Shown here piece by piece: positions 8,305-17,005 of a stretch of 34,832 nucleotides of DNA. Positions within the stretch are counted from its first letter, which is position 1. Each line of letters starts with the position of its first letter. A program made the translations under genes and the position numbers. The notes beneath the pieces were generated by a model. It was not told the DNA's origin. It was given only the letters and a program-made list of their open reading frames with translations, and searched no databases. The stretch lies in sequence record DRR378314_837. One strand, given 5' to 3'.

Positions 8305-8670
8305 GTGCAAGACGCTTGGCGTAACTATGCAAATGCCCCCCAAGAGGGGGCAATTATTTGCCCTTCTAATCTTATAGAAGAAGGCAATGCACACTGCATA
8401 GAAGTTATTAGTAACGACACACCTTTCCCTATCATTTTAACGCGCATAGAGGGTGTCATTTATTGCTACGTTAATGCCTGCCCCCACCAATACTTACCAT
8501 TAAATTACCGGTCGGACAGTATTATTTCGTCAGATAGAAGCCGTTTACTATGCAGCGCCCATGGCGCAGCATTCGATATTAAAACAGGCAACTGCTTAGC
8601 AGGTGCTTTTGATAACCTTGACGCAATACCGGTGTTTGAAGACCCGCAAGGCAATGTTTGCATTGGCTGA
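8305..8670 (+). CDS. Rieske [2Fe-2S] ferredoxin
   Basis: NACPHQ and LCSAHGAAFDIKTGNCLAG (CxH...CxxH); AAGGA RBS, GTG start. Confidence 0.9.
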   Translation: MQDAWRNYANAPQEGAIICPSNLIEEGNAHCIEVISNDTPFPIILTRIEGVIYCYVNACPHQYLPLNYRSDSIISSDRSRLLCSAHGAAFDIKTGNCLAGAFDNLDAIPVFEDPQGNVCIG

Positions 8671-8678
8671 TGCTAGAT

Positions 8679-8722
8679 TAAGCCCTGCGATAATGGCCTC
8701 AGGCGGCCTACCGCAGGGCTTA
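8679..8722. terminator. Hairpin between the convergent Rieske and NhaC genes
   Basis: TAAGCCCTGCG...CGCAGGGCTTA 11-bp stem with an inner GGCC/GGCC stem. Confidence 0.7.
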
Positions 8723-8726
8723 TCGC

Positions 8727-10139
8727 TTACAGCGTGAGGCCGAGCAACAGGTAAGCAGCCAAGGAGAGTGTCGCAACGGCAAGCGCAAAGGGAATTTGCG
8801 TCTTGATATGGTCGATATGGTCAGAAGCAGCCCCTGTTGAGGCAAGCACTGAGGTATCCGACAACGGCGAACAGTGGTCCCCGAACACACCGCCACCCGC
8901 TACGGCTGCCACCGTGGCATATACCAGCGGTGTCAGCATATCGCCGCTAAAGTTGAACGCGAGCGGCACGGCCAGCGGCATCATGATCGCGAAGGTGCCC
9001 CAAGAGGTGCCGGTCGAAAAGGCGATAACGGCAGCGATAAGAAATGTCATCGCTGGCAGTAATGCCGGCGTCAGCCATCCACCGGTGGCTTCAACGATAT
9101 AGCTCGCTGTGCCCATGTCTTTGGAAAGCTGATTCAGCGAATAGGCTAACGCCAGGATAATAATGGCTGGCATTACTCCTTTCATCCCGGCCATTGAGGT
9201 TTTCATAATGTCGTTGAAGGGAATGCCCTGAAGGCGCATAACGATACCGAGAAACACAGAAGCCGCCAGAAATGCTTCCATGGTCTTAGCCGAGTCCATC
9301 ACGATAAAGGTGCCTACAGCAACGCTGATCACCACCAGTACCGGGGCGAAAAAATTCCAGAATAGGTTGGTACGCGCACCGTCATAAGGCGGAATCTCTG
9401 TCAGCTCCTCGCCCACCAGCGGCTCTGCCCCATCACGCAGTACTTTGCCCTCTTCTTGAGCGCGACGCTCGGCTTCGCGCATCGGTCCAAACAATGGAAT
9501 AACACCGACAATGACCAGCCCCACGACCAGCACCGAGAGCCATGCATAGAGGTTAAAGGGAACCGCATGTAGAAACACGCCCATCGCCTGAGCAGCATTT
9601 TCAATGGGTCCCATGCCAATCAGTAAGCCAGAAATAAACACTGCCCAGCCAGTGATCGGAACCATCACACTCACCGGGGCGGAAGTGGAGTCCGCTATAT
9701 ACGCCAGCTTTTCCCGCGACACCCGATAGCGATCCGTCAGGCCACGCATGGTGCTACCAACAAACAAGGGGCTGAAATAGTCGCTGAAGAAAACGAACAT
9801 GCCCATCACCCAGGCGATCAACTGAACCCGCACTCGCGATAAAGCACGGCGTTCCACCCAAGCGGTAAAGTTCTGAATCGCCCCTGTGCGTTGGAAGAAC
9901 GCGATCACTGTGCCGATGAAAAGCTCCAACAGCAGTATCCAGGAGAAGCTGGTGGTGCCGAGGGTTTCCTTTAATAGCGTGGGAAAGCCCATCAAGCCAT
10001 TGCCCAGGGTAATCACCCCAACGAAACAGGCGACTGCCAGCGAGAAAACGGTGTTGCGGGTAATAAATGCCAGCACAATAGCCAACGCCGCCGGCATGAT
10101 GGACAGCAGTCCAATATGATCTTGAGGATCCATTGTCAT
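8727..10139 (-). CDS. NhaC-family (Na+/H+ antiporter-like) transporter, probably carrying an amino acid or amine
   Basis: FFSDYFSPLFVG; SREKLAYIADSTSAP; AFSTGTSWGTFAI; GGGVFGDHCSPLSDTSVLASTGAASDHIDHIKTQIPFA. Confidence 0.9.
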   Translation of the reverse strand: MTMDPQDHIGLLSIMPAALAIVLAFITRNTVFSLAVACFVGVITLGNGLMGFPTLLKETLGTTSFSWILLLELFIGTVIAFFQRTGAIQNFTAWVERRALSRVRVQLIAWVMGMFVFFSDYFSPLFVGSTMRGLTDRYRVSREKLAYIADSTSAPVSVMVPITGWAVFISGLLIGMGPIENAAQAMGVFLHAVPFNLYAWLSVLVVGLVIVGVIPLFGPMREAERRAQEEGKVLRDGAEPLVGEELTEIPPYDGARTNLFWNFFAPVLVVISVAVGTFIVMDSAKTMEAFLAASVFLGIVMRLQGIPFNDIMKTSMAGMKGVMPAIIILALAYSLNQLSKDMGTASYIVEATGGWLTPALLPAMTFLIAAVIAFSTGTSWGTFAIMMPLAVPLAFNFSGDMLTPLVYATVAAVAGGGVFGDHCSPLSDTSVLASTGAASDHIDHIKTQIPFALAVATLSLAAYLLLGLTL

Positions 10140-10166
10140 CTCTCTTTTTATAATGGTGAGTGGGGA

Positions 10167-11456
10167 TCAAGTTTCTTGCTTTGCCTTACGGCGCTCCATT
10201 TCACTGGTCAGGTAGAAACCCAACCGACGCACGGGATCGGGCGGCATCCAACTTGCCTTGCCGAATAACGACGCAATACTTTCGACCGGCTGGCCCATGG
10301 CATGGCGCGCCAAGGCATCGCCAAGGAAAGTACCCTTGACGATACCGCCGCCATTGCACCCCGCTGACACATACAAACCGGGCTGGATCTCTCCCCAGAG
10401 TGGCGCGCCGTTATAGGTCAGCCCGGTGGTCCCTCCCCAGACCTTATCGAAGCGCACTGGGGTGAGTTCGGGATAGCGCGCCTCAAGGCTCGCTTTCAGT
10501 TCAGCCTCAATACGGGCGTTATCGGCTTCGCGTTCATAGCTGTAACGCGAACGAATCATCAAGCGCCCATCGGCGGTGGTGCGTAGCGTACAACCCAAGC
10601 GATGTGCGGGTAGCAGCCCCCAGGTCGTCGCAGCAATGCGCTGTCGTTCCAGCTCCGGCAACGGCTCGGTAATAGCGGCATAGGTATAAATAGCGGTTAG
10701 CCGCGAAGGGTCTGCGCCCAAGGCCCGAGAAAAGGCGTTATTGGCCAGGATTACCTGTCCAGCCGTTACTTCACCTTCGGGTGTAGTGACACGCCACTTT
10801 TTGCCATCAGGCTTGATTTGAGTCGCGGGCGAGTGCTCATGCAGTTCGATTCCGGCTTCCAATGAATCCGCTAAACCAACAATCAATGCTGCAGGCTGCA
10901 CCAGATAACAGTCCGGTGAATAAATACCCTGTGTGTAGTAGCGCGTACCAATTCGCTCAGCCAGTTGGCTACCGCTCAAAGTCTGGTAAGAAAGGCCTGC
11001 AGCGTTAAGAAAAGCTTCATACTGGGCCAAGGCGCGCTGGCCTATCGCACTGCGGGCAGCTCGATAAGTGCCGCTATGTTCGAGTTGGCAGTCAATTCCC
11101 AGCCGTTCGACCCGCTCGCGCAGTAGCGCCATGGTTTGTCGGCTTAATGCGTTCAGTTTCTCCATGCGCTCAAGTTCTTCGGGGCGAGCATCATTGGCTA
11201 AAGCAATTTCCAGCATGAAACCAGAGTTACGCCCTGGACTACCTTCACCTACTTGGTCGGCTTCAAGAATTTTGATGCGGTCTTCCGGCCGCGCCTGCTG
11301 CCAGGCCGTAGCTGCCGCGAAGCCGGTGTAACCGGCCCCGATGATGACCACATCCGCCTCAGTTTGGCCACGCAAGGCGGGGCTCGGCTGGCGCTCTGGA
11401 AGCCAAGCGTTCCAGCCGCACAGCCGCTGATGGGATGGATGCGTGGGTTGTGACAT
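10167..11456 (-). CDS. FAD-dependent oxidoreductase, DAO/DadA/PuuB-like family
   Basis: ADVVIIGAGYTG dinucleotide motif; GEGSPGRNSGF; VQPAALIVGLA; WGG; GCNGGGIVKGT. Confidence 0.9.
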   Translation of the reverse strand: MSQPTHPSHQRLCGWNAWLPERQPSPALRGQTEADVVIIGAGYTGFAAATAWQQARPEDRIKILEADQVGEGSPGRNSGFMLEIALANDARPEELERMEKLNALSRQTMALLRERVERLGIDCQLEHSGTYRAARSAIGQRALAQYEAFLNAAGLSYQTLSGSQLAERIGTRYYTQGIYSPDCYLVQPAALIVGLADSLEAGIELHEHSPATQIKPDGKKWRVTTPEGEVTAGQVILANNAFSRALGADPSRLTAIYTYAAITEPLPELERQRIAATTWGLLPAHRLGCTLRTTADGRLMIRSRYSYEREADNARIEAELKASLEARYPELTPVRFDKVWGGTTGLTYNGAPLWGEIQPGLYVSAGCNGGGIVKGTFLGDALARHAMGQPVESIASLFGKASWMPPDPVRRLGFYLTSEMERRKAKQET

Positions 11457-11462
11457 GACGAT

Positions 11463-12260
11463 TTAATCCAGATACAGCAGGCCGTGGGCCTGGTTAACCA
11501 TAGCGGCGACTTCGTCTTGCATGCCTTGGAGCACCTCCAACTTATGGGCCGTCGTCATGCGAGATTTGAGCATTGAGCAACTCATGGCCCCCAAGGGGTG
11601 GCCACTATGGTCGAGGATGGGAATGGCTAAGCCGCAGTATTCCGGGAGTAGAGAACCTTCAACGCCCCGGGCGTAGCCATGTGTTAGTAGATGGTTAATT
11701 TCGGCTTCGACATCGGCGGTGGCGATCGCGTAATCATCCCGCAGTCGTGTCGCGTTGTGGTCGAGAATCTCGCCTCGTTCATCCGCACCGAGATACGCGA
11801 GCAAGGCAATCGATGCTTGGCCGACACCGAGCGGCAAGCGCCCTCCCGTCGCCCTAACGAAACTGCCCACCGGATAAGCACCGTTCTGTACTTCCAGGCA
11901 GACCGCGTAGATACCATCGCGGGCGAACAGATAGAAACTGTCTCCCCAGCGTTGTGCCAACGCCAGCAACCTCGGTCGAGCCAAGTCTCGCAATCCAGCG
12001 CCATTGCCCGCCTGAGCACCAAGCACTAGCAACTCATAACCCAGCAGGTAACGCCCACGAATGGGAGAAGAGCGTAAAAAACCTTGCTGCTTGAGACCTT
12101 TTAACAACCGATAGAGCGTAGGACGGCTGAAGCTCAACTCATTCAGATAATCGTCGACACTCGCACCGCGGTGGCCACCACGCGCGGTAACTTGCAGTAT
12201 CTGCATGGCATGAACGAGCGTGGTGGGGCCTGATGAGGTGATGTTTTCATTTACCGGCAT
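11463..12260 (-). CDS. IclR family transcriptional regulator
   Basis: SRPTLYRLLKGLKQQGFL HTH; GGRLPLGVGQASIALLA; GYA...GLAIPILDHSGHPLGAMS. Start uncertain; ATG 12260 chosen, track start 12302. Confidence 0.9.
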   Translation of the reverse strand: MPVNENITSSGPTTLVHAMQILQVTARGGHRGASVDDYLNELSFSRPTLYRLLKGLKQQGFLRSSPIRGRYLLGYELLVLGAQAGNGAGLRDLARPRLLALAQRWGDSFYLFARDGIYAVCLEVQNGAYPVGSFVRATGGRLPLGVGQASIALLAYLGADERGEILDHNATRLRDDYAIATADVEAEINHLLTHGYARGVEGSLLPEYCGLAIPILDHSGHPLGAMSCSMLKSRMTTAHKLEVLQGMQDEVAAMVNQAHGLLYLD

Positions 12261-12320
12261 TATGTTTATCGTTATCTGTCTAGGTGAGCTAGAACATAGC
12301 AAGACAAATTCACGAGTTCA

Positions 12321-12335
12321 TCTCACTAAATGAGA
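12321..12335. promoter_or_regulatory. Short inverted repeat upstream of the IclR gene (candidate operator)
   Basis: TCTCA-CTAAA-TGAGA; arms are only 5 bp. Confidence 0.35.
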
Positions 12336-12509
12336 CACAACCATTTTCACGCGATAAAGCGGGTGTGGGGCAATGGGTTCTGCCGGGCAACGCCAATCAT
12401 TGGCTATCATTTTGCCGGTCTGTGCGTCAGTCTATCCACTGACGCTTGTTGTCGCTGAACAGTCACACCGCCAAGGCATAGTGTTGGCACACAAGGAGGA
12501 TGGCAAACG

Positions 12510-13436
12510 ATGGGGCGCAACCAAACAGCACTCAATGCCTTACTTCTACTGCTGCCACGGCTGGCTCATTTTGCCTGGCGTGTCGTATGTCACTTCCTGA
12601 AGAATCGCGGCATCCTGCTTGCCGGTGGGGTGGGTTACAACATTTTGCTCTCCATCGTGCCGCTATTTGCAGTATTGGTTGTACTGTTGACCAAAGTGGT
12701 GGATCAACAACATTTACTCAGCGTTCTTGCTGTACAAGCGCGCCACCTAGCACCGGCCCATGCCGAAGTGTTGATGGACGCCGTGCGCAGTCTGCTGGAG
12801 TCTCGCGGCGTCATCGGCATTCTTAGCTTACCCATTCTGCTGCTCTTTAGCTCCTTCGCCTTTCGCATGCTCGAAGATGCCTTGGCGATTATCTTCCATG
12901 CGCCAGAAAGCCCCCACATCAAGCGTAGTGTGTGGGTATCGGTGATGCTGCCGTACGCTTTCATGTTAGTGCTAGGGGCGGGGCTGCTGGCCTTAACGCT
13001 GGTCGTCACCCTGGCCAGCTCGCTCAATACGCTGATGATGGCGCTTTTTGAGCGGCAACTGCCGTTTGCAGGATTTTCCGAACCAGTCCTTAACTTATTC
13101 AGTTTTGCTGGGGTTTTCTTATTGTTTAGCGCTATCTATAAGGTGCTACCGGTGGTGCGTATCGCGTTACGCCGGGCAATCATCGGCGGCTTTGTCGCGG
13201 CACTGCTGTGGGAAGGCGTGCGGCTGCTACTGGTCTACTATTTCACCCACCTCTCGTTCGTCAACGCCGTTTACGGGTCCTTAGCAACGCTGGTGATTGT
13301 GCTGATCAGCCTGGAAGTCGGTGCCATCATTTTGCTGCTGGGCGCACAGGTCATTGCTGAGCTAGAGCGCAGCACGCGCCTCGGCCTGCCTTGGCATATT
13401 GACCCCGACCGACAACCCATCACCCACGTTGATTAA
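12510..13436 (+). CDS. YihY/virulence factor BrkB family membrane protein
   Basis: AGGVGYNILLSIVPL; LFSAIYKVLP; AIIGGFVAALLWE; VYGSLATLVIVL...IILLLGAQVIAE. AAGGAGG RBS. Confidence 0.9.
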   Translation: MGRNQTALNALLLLLPRLAHFAWRVVCHFLKNRGILLAGGVGYNILLSIVPLFAVLVVLLTKVVDQQHLLSVLAVQARHLAPAHAEVLMDAVRSLLESRGVIGILSLPILLLFSSFAFRMLEDALAIIFHAPESPHIKRSVWVSVMLPYAFMLVLGAGLLALTLVVTLASSLNTLMMALFERQLPFAGFSEPVLNLFSFAGVFLLFSAIYKVLPVVRIALRRAIIGGFVAALLWEGVRLLLVYYFTHLSFVNAVYGSLATLVIVLISLEVGAIILLLGAQVIAELERSTRLGLPWHIDPDRQPITHVD

Positions 13437-13448
13437 GACGTTACATTG

Positions 13449-13478
13449 AAATGCCGCCATCAAAAGATGGCGGCATTT
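13449..13478. terminator. Bidirectional intrinsic terminator
   Basis: AAATGCCGCCATC-AAAA-GATGGCGGCATTT, a 13-bp perfect stem between convergent genes. Confidence 0.9.
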
Positions 13479-13527
13479 ATTTGAGCGCTATTGATAAGAG
13501 GGCTGCCCCCTTTATGCTCGCCTAGTG

Positions 13528-15660
13528 TCAGGCCATTGTATGTGCCATCTGGCGGTCACGTCTGGCACTCCACACCAGCGTCATCAGAAACAGTGCCAAG
13601 CCCACGAAATCCAACAGCAAGTTTCCATGGGGCCACAGCATTAAAGCACCAATGGGGAACATGGCTAGGCGCAACCACCAGGGCAACTCGCTTTCCAGAT
13701 AGCCTTCCAGCCCTGCGATAATGGCGTAAATACCGAATAACGCGAAGGCAAACACCACCAGCATCTCGGTCGGTGTCCCGGTGATCATTGGCGACCACAC
13801 AAACAGCAAGGGAATGATGTAGAGGCCCTTGGCGATTTTCCAAGCGGTGAAACCGGTACGCATAGGTGGCGTTTTGGCGATAGCCGCCGCAGCGAAGGCG
13901 GTAAGGCATACTGGCGGAGTCACGTTGGAGTCCTGAGATAGCCAGAAAATCACCATGTGCGCCGCCACCAGCATCATCGATATCGTGTGCGGCGAAAGCG
14001 CTTGTTCGTAAAGCTGTGTACGGAAATCGTCCGGCACCAAGGCCAGTAGTTGTTGAGCACTGGCAGCGTCCATCGGGGCATTCAGCGCTTCTAAGGCATC
14101 TGGCGCGGCAAGCATAAAGATCGCCCGTGCCTGCTCGGGCAAATCACCGGCCATAATCAGTTCTAACAGCTGACTTTGTGCCATCAGACCATACAACGCA
14201 GGTGCCGATAGCGTGCCCAATACGATGTAAGCGGCCGTCACCGGCAACCCCATCCCCAGAATAAGAGAGGCCAGCGCGATCAACACGATGGTGATTAACA
14301 GGCTGCCGCCCGCCCAGTCTGAGATCATCAACGAGAAGATGTTACCAATGCCGGTCGTCGACACCACATTGACGATCAAGCCAACTGTCAGCAGTAGAAT
14401 GGCGGTGGAAACCATGTTGCGGGTGCCCAGTACCAAAGCGTCGATAATTGCCTGAAGCTTCATGGGTGAACGTGATAGCCAGGAAGCAACGACCACCGAC
14501 ACGATAGCGATACCGGCAGCATAGGTGGGAGTGAAGCCATTGATAAGGGCGACGACCAGCACCACGAGTGGCAGCAGGTAGTGCCAACCGCCCTTCAGTA
14601 CATCAATCAGTTTTGGAGCTTGTTCTGTTTCTACCTGATGAGTACCGCTACGCTTGGCTTCGATGCGCACGAACATGGCCACCGAGAGGAAGTACAGCAG
14701 TGCAGGAAGCGCAGCGACCCCGATAATGGTGAGATATGACACCTGGGTGTAAGAGGCCATGATAAAAGCCCCCGCCCCCATGACGGGAGGCATAAGCTGG
14801 CCCCCGGTTGAAGCAGCGGCTTCAACGCCAGCCGCAAAACGCGGCGGAAAGCCCGCTTTACGCATTAAGGGAATAGTGATCACACCGGTAGAGACCGTAT
14901 TGGCTACGCTGGAGCCAGAGACTGACCCCATAAGCCCTGAAGCGAATACCGCGACAAACCCCGGGCCACCAACAAAGCGACCCGCGGCACAACGCGCTAG
15001 CTCGATGATGAACTCTCCAGCACCCGAACGTACTAGGAAGGCACCAAAGAGAATGAACATGAAAACGTAAGACCAGGAAATCCGAGCAATCGAGCCCAGC
15101 ATGCCGTCACCGCCGAGGAAGCTGCGAAACAGAACGGTTTCCCAGTTCAGCCCGGGGAAATTGAACACCCCACCTACATAGCGCCCCCACCAGGCAACAT
15201 ACGTCAGTGCGATGATACATAGCAGCGGGATAAACCAGCCGGTAGTCCGGCGGGCAAATTCTAGTACCAACGCCAAAGCGGTAATCGACACGATCCAGTC
15301 AGCCAGGGAAAAGCGTACCCCACGGGCATAAAGCGCATCCTCAAAGCCGATTAAATAGAACGCACAGCCTAGGGCGGCTAGACCAAGACACACATCAACG
15401 GCGAGTAATAGGCGCTGACCGCTAGCCGAGCGCGCTTTGAACATCGGCACGGAAAGCGCGCACAACAGGCCGAACATACCGAAGTGTAATGCACTAACCC
15501 AAATTTCTGAGACAGTGCCCAGGGTATTGAAATAGATATGTGAGAAAGCAACGATGATGGCGAGCAAGCTCAGAATCCGCCCAAGCCAGGGGTGCTCAAG
15601 GCGCTCTGAAGCGCTGCTTGCGGATTCATCGCGCACCGTATCAGGTGTCGAATGACTCAT
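13528..15660 (-). CDS. TAXI-TRAP fused 4TM/12TM permease
   Basis: FMFILFGAFL; GSVSGSSVANTVSTGVITIPLM; EAAASTGGQLMPPVMGAGAFIMA; LILGMGLPVTAAYI; SNVTPPVCLTAFAAAAIA. GAGGT RBS before ATG 15660. Confidence 0.95.
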   Translation of the reverse strand: MSHSTPDTVRDESASSASERLEHPWLGRILSLLAIIVAFSHIYFNTLGTVSEIWVSALHFGMFGLLCALSVPMFKARSASGQRLLLAVDVCLGLAALGCAFYLIGFEDALYARGVRFSLADWIVSITALALVLEFARRTTGWFIPLLCIIALTYVAWWGRYVGGVFNFPGLNWETVLFRSFLGGDGMLGSIARISWSYVFMFILFGAFLVRSGAGEFIIELARCAAGRFVGGPGFVAVFASGLMGSVSGSSVANTVSTGVITIPLMRKAGFPPRFAAGVEAAASTGGQLMPPVMGAGAFIMASYTQVSYLTIIGVAALPALLYFLSVAMFVRIEAKRSGTHQVETEQAPKLIDVLKGGWHYLLPLVVLVVALINGFTPTYAAGIAIVSVVVASWLSRSPMKLQAIIDALVLGTRNMVSTAILLLTVGLIVNVVSTTGIGNIFSLMISDWAGGSLLITIVLIALASLILGMGLPVTAAYIVLGTLSAPALYGLMAQSQLLELIMAGDLPEQARAIFMLAAPDALEALNAPMDAASAQQLLALVPDDFRTQLYEQALSPHTISMMLVAAHMVIFWLSQDSNVTPPVCLTAFAAAAIAKTPPMRTGFTAWKIAKGLYIIPLLFVWSPMITGTPTEMLVVFAFALFGIYAIIAGLEGYLESELPWWLRLAMFPIGALMLWPHGNLLLDFVGLALFLMTLVWSARRDRQMAHTMA

Positions 15661-15697
15661 GGTGTACCTCATAACACTAAGTAAGGCATAGGGAGGC

Positions 15698-15725
15698 CAT
15701 CCGCCCGGCTTATGCCAGGCAGATG
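15698..15725 (-). other. Intercistronic mRNA hairpin after the TAXI binding-protein gene
   Basis: On the - strand CATCTGCCTGGC-ATAA-GCCGGGCGGATG pairs over 12 bp using two G:U wobbles; full pairing works only on the transcribed strand. Confidence 0.6.
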
Positions 15726-15740
15726 CAGGGCGATAGGCCT

Positions 15741-16766
15741 TCAGCCTTCGAGAAGATGCTCGGGAATTTCAATGCCTTGTTCACGGAAATAGCGCGCAGC
15801 ACCGGCATGCAGTGGAATCGGCAGACCGTCGAGCGCTTTTTCCAGAGCCATATCACGCGTTGCCGGGTGAATGTTGTTTAGAAACGGCAGGTTCTCGAAC
15901 ATGGCTTTGGTGATCTGGTACACATGCTCTTCAGGAACATCGGCGTTAACCACCAAAATATTGGGCTGGGAAATGGTATTGATCGGGGAGTCCTGACCAG
16001 GGTAAGTGTCGGCGGGAATTTCGAAAGCGCTCCACACTGGGTACTGGCTGTTAATGCGCTCAAGTTGCTCAGCGGTCACGTTCAGCGTGGTAATGTCATC
16101 GCCCATATTGGCATAGGCGCTGGTCACGGCAGAGGCCGGAACGCCTGCCGGTATGTTCATGCCGTCTATATTGCCGTTCTGCATGGAATCAGCGCTGGCA
16201 CTGTAGCCCAGGTAGGCAATATCCATCTGCTCCGGATCAATGCCCAGACCGGCAAGAATTTGCCGACCAGAACCTTCGGTACCGGAATTACGCGCCCCAA
16301 TGGAGAAACCGCGCCCGTAGAGCTGGGTCAAGTCATCAATGGTGCCAGTATCGACCAGTGCGTCACGCATCACAAAGTGTTCGACGTTCTGCCACAGCAT
16401 AGAAACTGAGCGTACGTTGTCATAGGCTTTGGGCACTGGCCCCTCACCGGACCATGCCCAGGCGCCGTAGAGCGCTTGCAGAATGCCGAATTGAGCCTGG
16501 TCGTCATCCATCAGGCGCAAGTTTTCCGCAGAACCCGCCGAGCTGATGGCGGAAACGGAGATGCCGTGGGTAGGCTCGAGCTTGACACGTATCAGTGTAG
16601 AAAGCGCGACGCCTACTGGATAGAACGTGCCACCGGTGGTGGCAGTGCCCATGATGTATTGTCCGCCCTCGGTAGGTTCCTGGGCGGTAACAGCGGAGGC
16701 ACTGACGCCGAATGCAGCGGCGGTAGCGAGACAAAGAGCGGTTTTAAGAAATTGGCGTTTCAGCAT
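15741..16766 (-). CDS. TAXI family TRAP substrate-binding protein
   Basis: Signal peptide; MGTATTGGTFYPVG; SAGSAENL; SIGARNSGTE; IPADTYPGQ; EEHVYQITKAMFENL; IPLHAGAARYFRE. Confidence 0.95.
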   Translation of the reverse strand: MLKRQFLKTALCLATAAAFGVSASAVTAQEPTEGGQYIMGTATTGGTFYPVGVALSTLIRVKLEPTHGISVSAISSAGSAENLRLMDDDQAQFGILQALYGAWAWSGEGPVPKAYDNVRSVSMLWQNVEHFVMRDALVDTGTIDDLTQLYGRGFSIGARNSGTEGSGRQILAGLGIDPEQMDIAYLGYSASADSMQNGNIDGMNIPAGVPASAVTSAYANMGDDITTLNVTAEQLERINSQYPVWSAFEIPADTYPGQDSPINTISQPNILVVNADVPEEHVYQITKAMFENLPFLNNIHPATRDMALEKALDGLPIPLHAGAARYFREQGIEIPEHLLEG

Positions 16767-16823
16767 GGTGTTGCTCCCAGCTTATTGGAATTGTTGGAGT
16801 AATCACTACTCCTTCCCCAATAG

Positions 16824-16840
16824 AGCGAGAAGCTAGCCAA
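16824..16840 (-). promoter_or_regulatory. sigma54 (-24/-12) promoter of the TAXI operon
   Basis: - strand TTGGCTAGCTTCTCGCT with exact GG-N10-GC spacing, about 60 bp upstream of the start codon, next to a GAFTGA activator gene. Confidence 0.75.
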
Positions 16841-16859
16841 CTTTAAACAAAGCCATAAA

Positions 16860-16872
16860 AATCAATAAATTA
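16860..16872. promoter_or_regulatory. IHF binding site
   Basis: AATCAA-TAAA-TTA is an exact match to WATCAANNNNTTR and lies between the sigma54 promoter and the enhancer boxes. Confidence 0.7.
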
Positions 16873-16912
16873 TGATTTCACCTCTACGACAAAAGGCGAA
16901 GGCGCCTGAACG

Positions 16913-16970
16913 ACCATCGGCCATTTTTCGCCGATGGTTTTTGCCCTCATCGGCAAAAAATGGCCGATGA
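16913..16970. promoter_or_regulatory. Paired enhancer (UAS) boxes for the DctD-type activator
   Basis: CATCGGC-N8-GCCGATG occurs at 16915-16936 and 16948-16969, 33 bp apart. The two boxes are 21/22 reverse complements of each other. Confidence 0.7.
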
Positions 16971-17005
16971 ATCAGCCCTAGCGCATTAACTCTTGAATCA
17001 ATCGT

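Noticed and set aside
12484-12500. TTGGCAC as a sigma54 -24 element before the YihY gene
   Set aside because: There is no -12 GC at the right distance; it runs into the RBS.
16913-16970. Repeat pair considered as a mini-CRISPR or transposon end
   Set aside because: There are only two 22-bp units with an 11-bp spacer and no cas or transposase genes; position fits an enhancer.
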